From positions 64,001 to 128,000 of IMG/VR virus record IMGVR_UViG_3300029319_009044: a stretch of 64,000 nt of DNA, one strand, 5' to 3'. The notes beneath the pieces are model-generated. The model had not been told where the DNA came from. It was given only the letters and a program-made list of their open reading frames with translations, and did no database searches. Shown here one piece after another: positions 47,701-57,692 of the stretch. Made by a program: the position numbers and the translations under genes. The DNA comes from a virus. The first letter of the stretch is position 1, and each line of letters begins with the position of its first letter.

Positions 47701-49335
47701 GTGATAGGTGGTTTATTAAAAAGCTTTCCGGATAAGTATAATCCGAATCCCGCTCAAATAAAATTGCTTAAAAATATTGATCAAGCATTTACTGATGGTT
47801 ATAAATTTGTTATTTGTAATGCCCCTACAGGATCTGGGAAGTCATTTATATCAAAAACTATAGGTAATGTATCTAGAGAACCAACAAAAGAGTTTAGAGA
47901 GATTGTAACAAATTATTTAGTATATAAGAGATCCCATGGAGGTGGGTATATGTATGAAGATGAATGTAATAGTGAGCAAGCTTTTGGATGTACAGCTTTA
48001 ACTATAACTAAGGCATTACAAGATCAATATAAAGAGTTATTTAATGATATAAAGATTTTAAAAGGAAAATCAAACTATCAATGCGAAGTGGATGATAGAT
48101 TTACTGTTGAGCTAGCTCCTTGCTTGCATTTACCTAAAATTAAAGAAGAATGTTGGGCTAAAAATAAGTGTCCTTATTATGAGGATAGAAATACTGCACT
48201 AACTTCAACTTTTAGTACTTTAAATTATAATATGTTTTTCTCTTTACCGGATCATTTAAAAAAGAGACAATACATTATATGTGATGAAGCTGCTGAATTA
48301 GAAGATCAATTAGTAAAAGAATTTTCTTGTTCTATTAATTTTGAAAGCTTAACTAGAATGGAAGTTAACATTAGACCTTTTTATTCTAGAAATAGTTTAC
48401 AAGTAGTAAAGTGGATAAATGAACTTATTTTAGATTTAAATGATAGAATAGAAGAATTAAAAGATGTAACAAACAATAATAAAATAAGTAAAAAATTTAT
48501 TATTGAGTCAAAGAAGAATTTGATTTCGTTGAGAAATTTACATTCAAAACTATCGCTTATAATAGATACTTGGAATGAAAGTGAATACCTATATGAAACT
48601 GATAAAAAAGGTATCAATTTTATGCCTTTAAAGGTTGATAAATTGGCTAATCATTTATTTAAACATGCTGATAAGGTAATATTAATGTCAGCTACTATTA
48701 TTGATCCTAATAATTTTAGTAAAAGTTTAGGTATTAAAAAATTTAAATATATAGAAGCTGAATCTTCATTTGATTCTAAAAATGCTCCTATCTACTGTAA
48801 TACTAAAGTTAAATTAAATTACCATAATTTAAAACGCAGTCTACCTAAAGTTGTAAAACAAATAGAAGAAATTTGCGATTTTCATAAAAGTGATAAAGGT
48901 ATTATTCATACTCATAATAATATTATTACATCTTTCTTATCAGATAAATTAACTGATTCAAGATTTTTAATAAGAGAGCCCGGAGTTAGAAATGAAGTTA
49001 TATTAGAGCAACATTTTTTAAATAATGACCCTACTGTTTTAATATCCCCTTCTATGTCTCATGGTGTTGATTTAAGAGATGATCTTGCAAGATTTCAAAT
49101 CATAGTTAAAGCTCCATTTTTACCTACTAAAGATAAACGAATAGAAAAATTAATGAAAGATAACTTTGATTGGTATATCAATAAGATGCTTTGTTCGTTA
49201 ATTCAATCATGTGGAAGAGGTGTAAGATCTCATAAAGATCACTGTGTTACTTATATTTTAGATGGTTCTATTGCTGAGAGTGTAGTTAATAATAGACATA
49301 AGCTACCTAAATATTTCATTGATAGGTTTTTGTAA
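47701..49335 (+). CDS. DinG/XPD-family SF2 helicase
   Basis: Q motif, APTGSGKS, LQDQY, KGKSNYQC with four-Cys cluster, DEAA, MSAT, GVD, Q..GRGVRS..D. Confidence 0.85.
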   Translation: MIGGLLKSFPDKYNPNPAQIKLLKNIDQAFTDGYKFVICNAPTGSGKSFISKTIGNVSREPTKEFREIVTNYLVYKRSHGGGYMYEDECNSEQAFGCTALTITKALQDQYKELFNDIKILKGKSNYQCEVDDRFTVELAPCLHLPKIKEECWAKNKCPYYEDRNTALTSTFSTLNYNMFFSLPDHLKKRQYIICDEAAELEDQLVKEFSCSINFESLTRMEVNIRPFYSRNSLQVVKWINELILDLNDRIEELKDVTNNNKISKKFIIESKKNLISLRNLHSKLSLIIDTWNESEYLYETDKKGINFMPLKVDKLANHLFKHADKVILMSATIIDPNNFSKSLGIKKFKYIEAESSFDSKNAPIYCNTKVKLNYHNLKRSLPKVVKQIEEICDFHKSDKGIIHTHNNIITSFLSDKLTDSRFLIREPGVRNEVILEQHFLNNDPTVLISPSMSHGVDLRDDLARFQIIVKAPFLPTKDKRIEKLMKDNFDWYINKMLCSLIQSCGRGVRSHKDHCVTYILDGSIAESVVNNRHKLPKYFIDRFL

Positions 49336-49352
49336 TAAATATATAAGACGGT

Positions 49353-50525
49353 ATGAAGAATAGAGCTTTTCATTTTGAAATTAAAAATTTACTAACCCAG
49401 TTTGTTGCTGCATTTGATGATACAGTAATAAGTAGGTTTGATAAAAACAGAAATGCGAAGTCAAATATAGAGGTTAGATATGTCTTTGCGCCTAAGCAGC
49501 GCGTTATGTACGATATAGTAAATAAAGCTCAAAATTTAACCCTTCCAGTTGTAGCAATTAATTTAGATAGTGTATCACGAGATGAAACAAGAGTTTTTAA
49601 TAAACTAGCTACTTCAATGATACCTGCTCAAGAAAAAGATGATCCTAAATCCTCTACTAAATTTCTAATGCCGGTACCAGTAAATCTTGAAGTTAGTATG
49701 TCTATTCTTGCAAGATACATGCAAGATGTAGATCAAATAGTTTCAAATTTTGTTCCATATAATAATCCTTATATTATACTTTCTTGGAAAGTACCCGAAG
49801 ATATAGGTGCAGAGTATGATCAAGAGATAAGAAGTGAAGTTCTTTGGAATGGAAATTTAACTTACTCTACTCCAACAGATACAACTTATTCCGAAAAATT
49901 TAGAATAACAGTTGATACATCTTTTACTATAAAGGGTTGGTTATTTCCAGAAGAAAAAAGTAACGTTGGTAATATATATCAAATCGATAATAATTTTATA
50001 GCAGTAGATTTACAAAATAGAATATACTCTCCTCTTGAAGAGCAGATATCAGTAGAATCTTATACCAATCAAGGTTATGGAGCTTTATCGGGTTATGATA
50101 ATAGTGTACCTACTAATTATTCAGAAACTATATCTATATCAGGTGTACCTACATTTACAAATATATTTTATACTACTTCAGGTGTTTTTGAACAATTAAG
50201 AAATGAAACATCTGTACTATCCTCTCAAACTAATAATTTTATATTATATGGAAAATCATTAAATTATAGTAATTCACTTTACATAAGTGCTAATAGATTA
50301 AATTTCTTTACAGATTTCCAAAAAGTAACTTCTGCTAAATTAGATACTATAAGCGCATATAAACTTGATGATAGTCTTTATAATATAGCTACTGATAATA
50401 TAGTAAGTATATTCTTACCAACTTCTACTTTAAGTGGTACCGGTAAGTTTACTTTTGTAACAGCTAACGAAGCTGGATGGGCTTCTTCTTATCAAGCTGC
50501 TAGCTCTATCCTTAACTTAGAATAA
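49353..50525 (+). CDS. gp15: Tail sheath stabiliser/terminator with Ser/Thr-rich C-terminal extension
   Basis: FVAAFDD, YVFAPKQR, LTLP, PVPVNL, QIVSNF.P, SFTIKGWLF. Confidence 0.8.
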   Translation: MKNRAFHFEIKNLLTQFVAAFDDTVISRFDKNRNAKSNIEVRYVFAPKQRVMYDIVNKAQNLTLPVVAINLDSVSRDETRVFNKLATSMIPAQEKDDPKSSTKFLMPVPVNLEVSMSILARYMQDVDQIVSNFVPYNNPYIILSWKVPEDIGAEYDQEIRSEVLWNGNLTYSTPTDTTYSEKFRITVDTSFTIKGWLFPEEKSNVGNIYQIDNNFIAVDLQNRIYSPLEEQISVESYTNQGYGALSGYDNSVPTNYSETISISGVPTFTNIFYTTSGVFEQLRNETSVLSSQTNNFILYGKSLNYSNSLYISANRLNFFTDFQKVTSAKLDTISAYKLDDSLYNIATDNIVSIFLPTSTLSGTGKFTFVTANEAGWASSYQAASSILNLE

Positions 50526-50534
50526 ATATAAATA

Positions 50535-52346
50535 ATGGCAAGACCTGATTCATCAACATCATCTCCTACTAATCGTTCTTATGTAACGAACGATGGGCGG
50601 GCATCTACATTTGGTAGAAATTTAATTCAATATATTCAAAATAGATTACCATATTCAAATGTAGCTCCTGAACAAGATAATCTCAATCCTAAGTATAATA
50701 TATTTAAAAAGACAGGAATGAAGAGAGCAGAAGCTTTAGCAAAAGCTTCAGTTTCTTCTTCTAATCCATACAACAATATACCTATAGGTGATTTCGCAAA
50801 AGACTCGTCTTTTGGCGATGTAATGTATGCTAATATACAAGAAGATAAACAAGGTAGGTTAAGAGATTATAGAATAATTGCTGCTTATTCTGAAGTAGCT
50901 GATGCATTAGATGAAATTTGTGATGAAACAATTAATCCAGATGAATCTGGGTGGGTTACAAAATTACATTTAAAAGAAATTGATTTAACTATAGAAGAAA
51001 AAGCTGAACTAGATAAACAGTTTCATAGATATGTAGAATATTATGATTTAAAAAATAAAGGCTGGCAATATTTTAGACAGCTTCTTGTAGAAGGAGAGTT
51101 ATTTTTTGAACAAATAGTTCATGAAGGGTATTTAGAGGATGGTATATTAGGGGTAATTAATTTACCTGCTGAGATAATTGACCCGGTTTATAACAATATT
51201 CAAAATATGCTAGTAAAGGGCTTTATTTACAGAAAGCCTATTTTTAGTATAGATAAACCTAATAAGATTGAAAAAATTGAATTTATTCCTATGGATCAAA
51301 ACCAGATTACTTATGTTAACTCTGGTGTATATAATGAAACTAAAAACTTTGTTGTACCATTTTTAGAAAATGCTAGAAGACCTTATAGGCAATTATCTTT
51401 AATTGAAGATGCTATTGTAATATATAGATTAGTAAGAGCGCCAGAGAGATTAGTTTTTAATGTTGACGTAGGAAACATGGCACCTCCTAAAGCAGAAGCT
51501 TATCTAAGAAAACTCATATCAAATTATTGGTCAAAGAAAACTTTTGATTTGGATCAAGATAATGTAGTTAAAAAATTTAACCCTCAATCAATGCTTGATG
51601 CATTTTGGTTTGCTAGGAGACAAGGTTCTGAAGGTACAACTGTATCACAATTAGCTGGAGGTGCTAATTTAGGAGAACTATCTGACTTAATGTATTTTAT
51701 TAAAAAGCTTTATAGAGCTCTTAAAGTACCTTCAACTAGACTTGATCCTAATGACCAGGCTTCTGCTGACGGATCAACTATATTAAGAGAGGAGTTAAAA
51801 TTTGCTCGTTTTGTAATGAGACAGCAACAAAGATTTGGAGCTGGTCTTAAAAAAGGGTTTATTACACATTTAACATTAATGGGTCTATTTAAGAAATATG
51901 ACTTAAATGAGCAAAATTTAGAAATAGAGTTTAATGTACCTACTAATTTTTATGAATTAAGAGAAAATCAAAGATTAGAATTAAAAGCAGGTAATTTTAA
52001 CAATCTAGCCTCATCAGAATTTGTATCAGCTACATATGCACAAAAAAAATATCTTGGTTGGAGAGATAAGGATATTCTAGCTAATAGAGAGTTTTTAAGA
52101 AAAGATGCTGAATTACAGTGGGAGTTATCTCAAATACAAGCAGCAGGACCGGCATGGAAAGAGCAAGCAGTAGCTGGAGAAGTAGCAGGAGGTGAAGCTG
52201 CTGTTGGCGGTGAAGGTGCTGGGGTAGGAGCTAGTGGAGGAGAAGGTGGTATTCCTGAGTTTGGTGGAGGACCAGCAGATACAGGAGATAATGTAGAAGT
52301 AGCAGCTGAAGCTGAACCTGATACAGCTGAAACAGCTGAGATTTAA
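50535..52346 (+). CDS. gp20: Portal protein
   Basis: EVADALDEI, LSLIEDAIVIYRLVRAPERLVFNVDVGNM..KAE.Y, IKKLYRALKVP.TRL, REELKF. Confidence 0.96.
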   Translation: MARPDSSTSSPTNRSYVTNDGRASTFGRNLIQYIQNRLPYSNVAPEQDNLNPKYNIFKKTGMKRAEALAKASVSSSNPYNNIPIGDFAKDSSFGDVMYANIQEDKQGRLRDYRIIAAYSEVADALDEICDETINPDESGWVTKLHLKEIDLTIEEKAELDKQFHRYVEYYDLKNKGWQYFRQLLVEGELFFEQIVHEGYLEDGILGVINLPAEIIDPVYNNIQNMLVKGFIYRKPIFSIDKPNKIEKIEFIPMDQNQITYVNSGVYNETKNFVVPFLENARRPYRQLSLIEDAIVIYRLVRAPERLVFNVDVGNMAPPKAEAYLRKLISNYWSKKTFDLDQDNVVKKFNPQSMLDAFWFARRQGSEGTTVSQLAGGANLGELSDLMYFIKKLYRALKVPSTRLDPNDQASADGSTILREELKFARFVMRQQQRFGAGLKKGFITHLTLMGLFKKYDLNEQNLEIEFNVPTNFYELRENQRLELKAGNFNNLASSEFVSATYAQKKYLGWRDKDILANREFLRKDAELQWELSQIQAAGPAWKEQAVAGEVAGGEAAVGGEGAGVGASGGEGGIPEFGGGPADTGDNVEVAAEAEPDTAETAEI

Positions 52347-52721
52347 TTATCTTATTGGATTAGAGCTAAAGAACTGAGTCCTATAATAAAGAGTACCAGC
52401 TCCAGTACCAGTTTTAGCTGAAACTTGATTAACGTTAGTTAAACCTCTTAAAGTAATACTGTCATTATCATCAAGTAAAAAACCTCTGCTTACATTTATA
52501 GCTTCGGCATCACCCCAAGCATCTGATCTATCAAATAAAGTAACTGTTTGACCTGTCTTATTTACTATGTATACTTCTGAGCATAATTGACCTAAAAATG
52601 GTTTAACTGAATCAACACCTGATAAACGAGTCATACCTGTAGTTACACGAATATTAAATGATCTACACTCATTATTATTAAAATATGTACTTCCGTTATT
52701 AGTAGTTAGAGCTTCTGGCAT
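52347..52721 (-). CDS. Hypothetical late (probably structural) protein
   Basis: CATAAATA-N5-ATG; beta-rich, 124 aa. Confidence 0.6.
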   Translation of the reverse strand: MPEALTTNNGSTYFNNNECRSFNIRVTTGMTRLSGVDSVKPFLGQLCSEVYIVNKTGQTVTLFDRSDAWGDAEAINVSRGFLLDDNDSITLRGLTNVNQVSAKTGTGAGTLYYRTQFFSSNPIR

Positions 52722-52726
52722 ATTAT

Positions 52727-52746
52727 TATTTATGCTAGAATAAATA
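52727..52746. promoter_or_regulatory. Back-to-back divergent late promoters
   Basis: Minus CATAAATA (52727-52734) and plus AATAAATA (52739-52746), each exactly 5 nt from an ATG. Confidence 0.75.
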
Positions 52747-52751
52747 ATTTT

Positions 52752-53984
52752 ATGGCACTTGCATGTACTATTCAGCCTCTTTCAGCATTTTTATCTACTA
52801 ATTTAAATTCTAAAGTAGAGACTTACGATAGACTCGGAGATAGAATTAAAAGAGCTCTAGGTTACCCGATAGTAAGTTTAGAGATTCATACTGATCAATT
52901 AAGAGAAAATATTCAAATAGCAGTAGAATATTTTACTAAATATGCTGGGTTTACACAAGAATATCTAATCTTTGATTCTAATATGTATGAAAAAAATAAA
53001 GGTATTCGTTTAGATTTATTATATACGTTAGCTAATACAAATTTAACTACTAATGCAAGAAAAGTAGCTGGTACTAATCCATTAGGACCGGGGCCTGAAT
53101 TTATAGGCTCAACTCCTGAATCAGTTTATGTAAGTACATCATCAATATTATCAGGTAATTTTCATACATCAAAGTACCCAGTATATTCTGGTAGTACTGC
53201 AGTTTTATCAGGCTCTCTTTCAGCCACATTTACTCCTTTAACTGGAGGTCAAAACGGTATTAGGAAATTTGAATTGTTTGATCAAACATTAGTCTCAACT
53301 ATTACATCTCTTAAAACAACAAGTGGTTCACTTTTAGGTCAATCGCTATCGAGTCACTTTACAAAAACCACTAGACAAACTATAACTCAACAAGGATCAG
53401 CTTCAGAAGCTGTTTCTTTTCAAAATGTATTTGATTACGATATTATGGATTATAGAAAAGTAGTTGATGTTACTGACTTTGAAGAAGGTTCCACTACTGG
53501 TATTAATACATTGTTTACATTAGAGCAAACTCTAGCTCAACAAACGTATTTTAGTTATGCTATGGGTAATTATGGATTTGATTTAATTTCGTGGTATACA
53601 TTAAAAAATTGGATAGATACTCGTGAAAAGGTATTAGCTATAAAAAGAGACGTAAAATTTGATGCTCGAACTCAGTATATGACAATGTACCCACAACCTG
53701 GTAACGAAAGATTTTACGGAGTCGTTTCATGTTATTTAGAAAAACCTATAAGAAATGTTATTATGGAACAATGGGTTTATGAATATTCACTAGCTCTTTC
53801 AATGATAACTATAGGAAGAGTAAGAGGTAAGTTTGGTTCAGTTAATCTTTTAGGTGGAGGTGCTCTTAATTATGATTTACTTCAAGAAGGTCAGCAGAAA
53901 AAAGCTGAATTAGAGCAAAAATTATTAGATGGAGCATCACCTGGACTTGGCGATTCTGATCCTACAATGTTCTTTGTCGGGTAA
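52752..53984 (+). CDS. gp13: Neck protein with Ser/Thr-rich insertion
   Basis: RALGYPIV..E...DQL...I..AVEYF, WVYEY..AL...GRVRGKF....L.GG..LN. Confidence 0.82.
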   Translation: MALACTIQPLSAFLSTNLNSKVETYDRLGDRIKRALGYPIVSLEIHTDQLRENIQIAVEYFTKYAGFTQEYLIFDSNMYEKNKGIRLDLLYTLANTNLTTNARKVAGTNPLGPGPEFIGSTPESVYVSTSSILSGNFHTSKYPVYSGSTAVLSGSLSATFTPLTGGQNGIRKFELFDQTLVSTITSLKTTSGSLLGQSLSSHFTKTTRQTITQQGSASEAVSFQNVFDYDIMDYRKVVDVTDFEEGSTTGINTLFTLEQTLAQQTYFSYAMGNYGFDLISWYTLKNWIDTREKVLAIKRDVKFDARTQYMTMYPQPGNERFYGVVSCYLEKPIRNVIMEQWVYEYSLALSMITIGRVRGKFGSVNLLGGGALNYDLLQEGQQKKAELEQKLLDGASPGLGDSDPTMFFVG

Positions 53985-54421
53985 TGAACAAGTGGCGACA
54001 AGGTATATTTATACCTAAAAATTCTCATAAATTTATAGGTGATAAAGCTATTTATAGATCCGGATTAGAATTAAAATTTTTTCGATTCTGTGATAATAAT
54101 AATAATGTTAAAAAATGGGGTAGCGAAAATGTAATAGTACCATATTATAACCCTTTAGATAATAAAGGTCATAAGTATTACGTTGATAATTATATTGAAA
54201 TTTTAGAAGGTAATAAATTAGTTAAATACTTAGTAGAAATAAAACATTCAAGGGAAACAAAACCACCAAGAACGAAGTATAGAAACCGTAAACATCTAAT
54301 TTATGAACAAAAAACTTTTGTAACTAATCAAGCAAAATGGAAAGCAGCTAAAGAATATAGTAAAAAAAGAGGGTATAAGTTTATTATTTTAACAGAAAAA
54401 GAGCTTATTTTTAAAAGATGA
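53984..54421 (+). CDS. gp4: Head completion nuclease
   Basis: G.F.PKN..KF.GD..IYRS.LE, WGSE..VPY, Y.VD, VEIK, NQAKWKAA, F.ILTE. Confidence 0.9.
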   Translation: MNKWRQGIFIPKNSHKFIGDKAIYRSGLELKFFRFCDNNNNVKKWGSENVIVPYYNPLDNKGHKYYVDNYIEILEGNKLVKYLVEIKHSRETKPPRTKYRNRKHLIYEQKTFVTNQAKWKAAKEYSKKRGYKFIILTEKELIFKR

Positions 54422-54433
54422 ATAAATAATTGT

Positions 54434-55099
54434 ATGGCTTTAAAACTTAATTTAGTTGTAGAAAAACCTGACATAAACGATGAGTTCGAATATATTGAAG
54501 AACAAGCAGATAGAAATGCTGAATCGAGTCTTTTTATAAAAGGTCCTTATATGATGGCAGAAGGTGTAAATCGTAATAATAGGCTTTACCCTTTAGATGA
54601 ATTAAAAAGAGAAACTGAACGTTATATTGAAGAAATGGTTAAACCGGGAAGAGCTATGGGAGAACTTAATCACCCAACTACAGCAGATGTAGATCTAGAA
54701 AGAGCATGTCATATGGTTACTGAATTAACACAAGAAGGTAATATATTCTATGGTAAATCTAAAGTTCTATCAACTCCTTGCGGGCAGGTAGTAAGATCGC
54801 TTATAAATGATGGAGTAAAAGTAGGTATGTCTTCAAGAGCTTTGGGAACTTTAGAAGAGGGATCAGATCACAGTACAGTTAAAAATATGAAACTGGTTGC
54901 TATTGATTGTGTAGCTGATCCATCTTATCCAAGTGCTTTTGTAGATGGAATTTTAGAATCTAAACAATGGGTTGTCACAGGTGATAATAGATATGAAGAA
55001 ATATATGAAGATTTTGAAAAATCTATAAAAACATTACCTAAAAAAGAAGTAGATTCATTTTTACGTAACAGAATTTTAAACTTTATTAAATCTTTATAA
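54434..55099 (+). CDS. gp21: Prohead protease
   Basis: NRNNRLYP, RAMGELNHP, TPCG, GMSSRALG, D.VADPS.PSAFV.GILE. Confidence 0.95.
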   Translation: MALKLNLVVEKPDINDEFEYIEEQADRNAESSLFIKGPYMMAEGVNRNNRLYPLDELKRETERYIEEMVKPGRAMGELNHPTTADVDLERACHMVTELTQEGNIFYGKSKVLSTPCGQVVRSLINDGVKVGMSSRALGTLEEGSDHSTVKNMKLVAIDCVADPSYPSAFVDGILESKQWVVTGDNRYEEIYEDFEKSIKTLPKKEVDSFLRNRILNFIKSL

Positions 55100-55110
55100 T
55101 AAATAATATT

Positions 55111-55257
55111 ATGGCTAATCAAAAAAACAAAATTATAAAGTTTATTCAAGAACTTTCTAGTAAAAATTATGCCGAGGCACATAAATATTTAAAGAGCGTA
55201 ATTGAAGACAAGATTACAAAGAAAATCAATAACGCTACAGAAAAACCACTCTTTTAA
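55111..55257 (+). CDS. Small prohead core protein (gp67-like)
   Basis: Not in the ORF track: MANQKNKIIKFIQELSSKNYAEAHKYLKSVIEDKITKKINNATEKPLF; AATAAATA-N5-ATG. Confidence 0.6.
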   Translation: MANQKNKIIKFIQELSSKNYAEAHKYLKSVIEDKITKKINNATEKPLF

Positions 55258-55258
55258 T

Positions 55259-56113
55259 ATGAAAAACGAAAAATCATTACCCGAGCAGGCAGAAGAAGTA
55301 CTTACTGAAGATTCAGTAAAAGAAATAGAAACTGCCATTGAAGAAAAAATTCAATTATCAGTTGAAGCAGCACTGACTAATCAAGACGAGTTATATGCAG
55401 AAAAACTTGAAGAGTTAGTAACAGCAATTGATAAAGATCATACTGATAAATTAAAAAGAGTGGTTGAAGCAGTAGATCATAATAACGCTAATAAGCTTGT
55501 ACATGTAGTTAAAAAGTATGAAAATGAACTTAACGATAAAGCAGATTCATTTAAAAATACTTTAGTAGAAAGTGTTTCAGATTATTTAGATGAATATCTA
55601 GAAGAGTCAGTTCCAACACAAGCTATTGAAGAAGCTACTAAAAATAGAACAGCTAGAGAAGTTCTTTCTAATTTAAGAAAGGTACTTGCTGTTGATTCAA
55701 GTCTTATGAGTGAGTCAGTCAAAGAAGCGGTATTAGATGGTAAAACTCAAATTGATGAATTAACCTCTAAAGTTGATGAATTACATAAAGAAAATGTACT
55801 TCTAAAAGAAGCTTATGATAAGCAAACTTCTACTTTACTGTTAGAAAATAAAACTGCAGGTATAAATGGTAAGAAGAAAGAATATCTACTTAAGATTTTA
55901 AGTGATAAATCGCCTAAGTTTATTGAAGAGAATTTCGAATATACTTGTAAATTGTTTGATAAAAAAGAAAATGAAAGACTTTCAGTACTAAAAGAGGAAG
56001 CATACAAAAAGCGTAAAGTTAAAACAGATGCTCCAGTACAACCAATTACAGAGGAGAAAAAGCCTGAGATTTCTAACCCTTATTTAGCGGAATTAAAAAG
56101 ATCTCACAAATAA
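55259..56113 (+). CDS. gp22: Prohead core scaffold protein
   Basis: Acidic coiled coil between gp21 and gp23, with LVESVSDYLDEY; ATG start at 55259. Confidence 0.85.
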   Translation: MKNEKSLPEQAEEVLTEDSVKEIETAIEEKIQLSVEAALTNQDELYAEKLEELVTAIDKDHTDKLKRVVEAVDHNNANKLVHVVKKYENELNDKADSFKNTLVESVSDYLDEYLEESVPTQAIEEATKNRTAREVLSNLRKVLAVDSSLMSESVKEAVLDGKTQIDELTSKVDELHKENVLLKEAYDKQTSTLLLENKTAGINGKKKEYLLKILSDKSPKFIEENFEYTCKLFDKKENERLSVLKEEAYKKRKVKTDAPVQPITEEKKPEISNPYLAELKRSHK

Positions 56114-56190
56114 TTTCACCCCTGAACAATGAGGTGCTTGCCACCTGAGTAACTTGGGACTAGATCCCATGAGGTAAAATGAAAGGAAAC
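56113..56190 (+). promoter_or_regulatory. Structured 5' leader of the major capsid gene
   Basis: Hairpins AGGTG/CACCT and TGGGA/TCCCA enclosed by ATTTCACC/GGTAAAAT, then an SD-like AAGGA. Confidence 0.5.
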
Positions 56191-56195
56191 GTCTA

Positions 56196-57692
56196 ATGAA
56201 TAAACCACAATCATTTATTGATAGAGATAGAGCAGATTCACTTCTTGAGAAGTGGGCACCTGTTCTTGAGTACTCTTCCGATAGTGTTAAGCCCATTGAA
56301 GACGATCACACCCGCCTTAATACTGCTATTCTTCTTGAGAACCAAGAGCAGTGGTGTATTGAGGAAGCCAATTCCGCTGGTAACGGCGGAGCTCTTGGTA
56401 GTGGTGGTACTAACTCTGGTATTTATAATCCAACAGCTGCTGGTAACTCCTATGTAGGAGCTCCTAACGCTGATACTTATGCTGCTGGAGATGCTCGTCT
56501 TCCTAAAGTGCTTATCCCAATGATTCGTCGTACGTTCCCTGAGCTTATTACTAACGAAATCGTCGGTGTTCAGCCAATGTCTGGTCCTGTTGGATTAGCA
56601 TTTGCTCTTCGCTACGCTTATCAGTCTACTACTCTTGGTAGTGGTATTGATGGTGGTGCTTCCGGCGGTGGAAGTGGTGCTGGTATTTCGCATGCTAAGT
56701 ATGCGGGAGCTGGTGGACTTCCTGGTGATGAGCTTGGATACCAGCTTCTTGATACTCGCTTTACTGGTTCATCTGCTCACAATCTTAGTGGTGTAGGTGG
56801 TTACTGGGAATTCGCAGATCAAGATAAAGGTGTTGCGCAAATTCTTTCTGCTTTTGAAATCACTGGATCCATTCCTCAGGTTGAGGTTAAGTTCGAAAAG
56901 ACCGCAGTTGAGGCCGGTACACGCCGCCTTGGTGCTCGCTGGTCTGTTGAACTTGAGCAAGACCTTAAGAACATGAACGGTATTGATATTGATGCTGAGA
57001 TCACGAATGCTATGTCATACGAGATTCAAGCTGAGATCGACCGTGAAATGCTCATGAGAATGATTCAAGCTGCTTTCAGTGGTGGACTGAACAAAGGCTA
57101 CTCCGTATGGTCACCTGCTTCTGCAGATGGTCGTTGGATGGTCGAGCGTAATAGGGACTTTTATCAGCGTCTTATCATTGAAGCCAATCGTATTGCTGTA
57201 CGTAACAGACGTGGAGCTGCTAACTTTATTGTTGCTACTCCTCGTGTTTGCGCCATCCTTGAGATGCTCCCTGAATTCCAGTGGGTACCTGTACAGGGTG
57301 ATGTAAATACCCAGCCTGTTGGTATTGCTAAGGTTGGTTCGCTTGGTGGAAGATTCAACGTTTACCGTGATACTCGTACAGAGGTTCAGAATAGCACTAA
57401 CTACGGAGGTGACAACGCTGGTGAATACAGCGGTGGTACATCTGGAGTTGAATATGCACTCCTTGGTTACAAGGGACCTGAATTCTACGATACTGGTATC
57501 ATTTATTGTCCTTACATTCCTGTCATGGTTCAGAGAACTATCGGTCCTAACGACTTCGCTCCACGTGTTGGATTGCTTACTCGTTATGGTGTTGTTGACA
57601 ACATCTTCGGTGCTGATCTCTACTACCATGTCATTATTGTTCAGGGACTTGGTACTGCGTTTACGCCAGCTTCACAGTCGGTGTACTTCTAA
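56196..57692 (+). CDS. gp23: Major capsid protein
   Basis: LLEKWAPVL, AILLENQ, GVQPMSGPVGLAFALR, SVELEQDLKNMNGID, EIDRE, YCPYIP, PRVGLLTRYG. Confidence 0.97.
   Translation: MNKPQSFIDRDRADSLLEKWAPVLEYSSDSVKPIEDDHTRLNTAILLENQEQWCIEEANSAGNGGALGSGGTNSGIYNPTAAGNSYVGAPNADTYAAGDARLPKVLIPMIRRTFPELITNEIVGVQPMSGPVGLAFALRYAYQSTTLGSGIDGGASGGGSGAGISHAKYAGAGGLPGDELGYQLLDTRFTGSSAHNLSGVGGYWEFADQDKGVAQILSAFEITGSIPQVEVKFEKTAVEAGTRRLGARWSVELEQDLKNMNGIDIDAEITNAMSYEIQAEIDREMLMRMIQAAFSGGLNKGYSVWSPASADGRWMVERNRDFYQRLIIEANRIAVRNRRGAANFIVATPRVCAILEMLPEFQWVPVQGDVNTQPVGIAKVGSLGGRFNVYRDTRTEVQNSTNYGGDNAGEYSGGTSGVEYALLGYKGPEFYDTGIIYCPYIPVMVQRTIGPNDFAPRVGLLTRYGVVDNIFGADLYYHVIIVQGLGTAFTPASQSVYF

Noticed and set aside
56113-56190. 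Hammerhead ribozyme in the gp23 leader (CUGA motifs, three stems)
   Set aside because: There is no CUGANGA core followed by a stem and GAAA in the required order.
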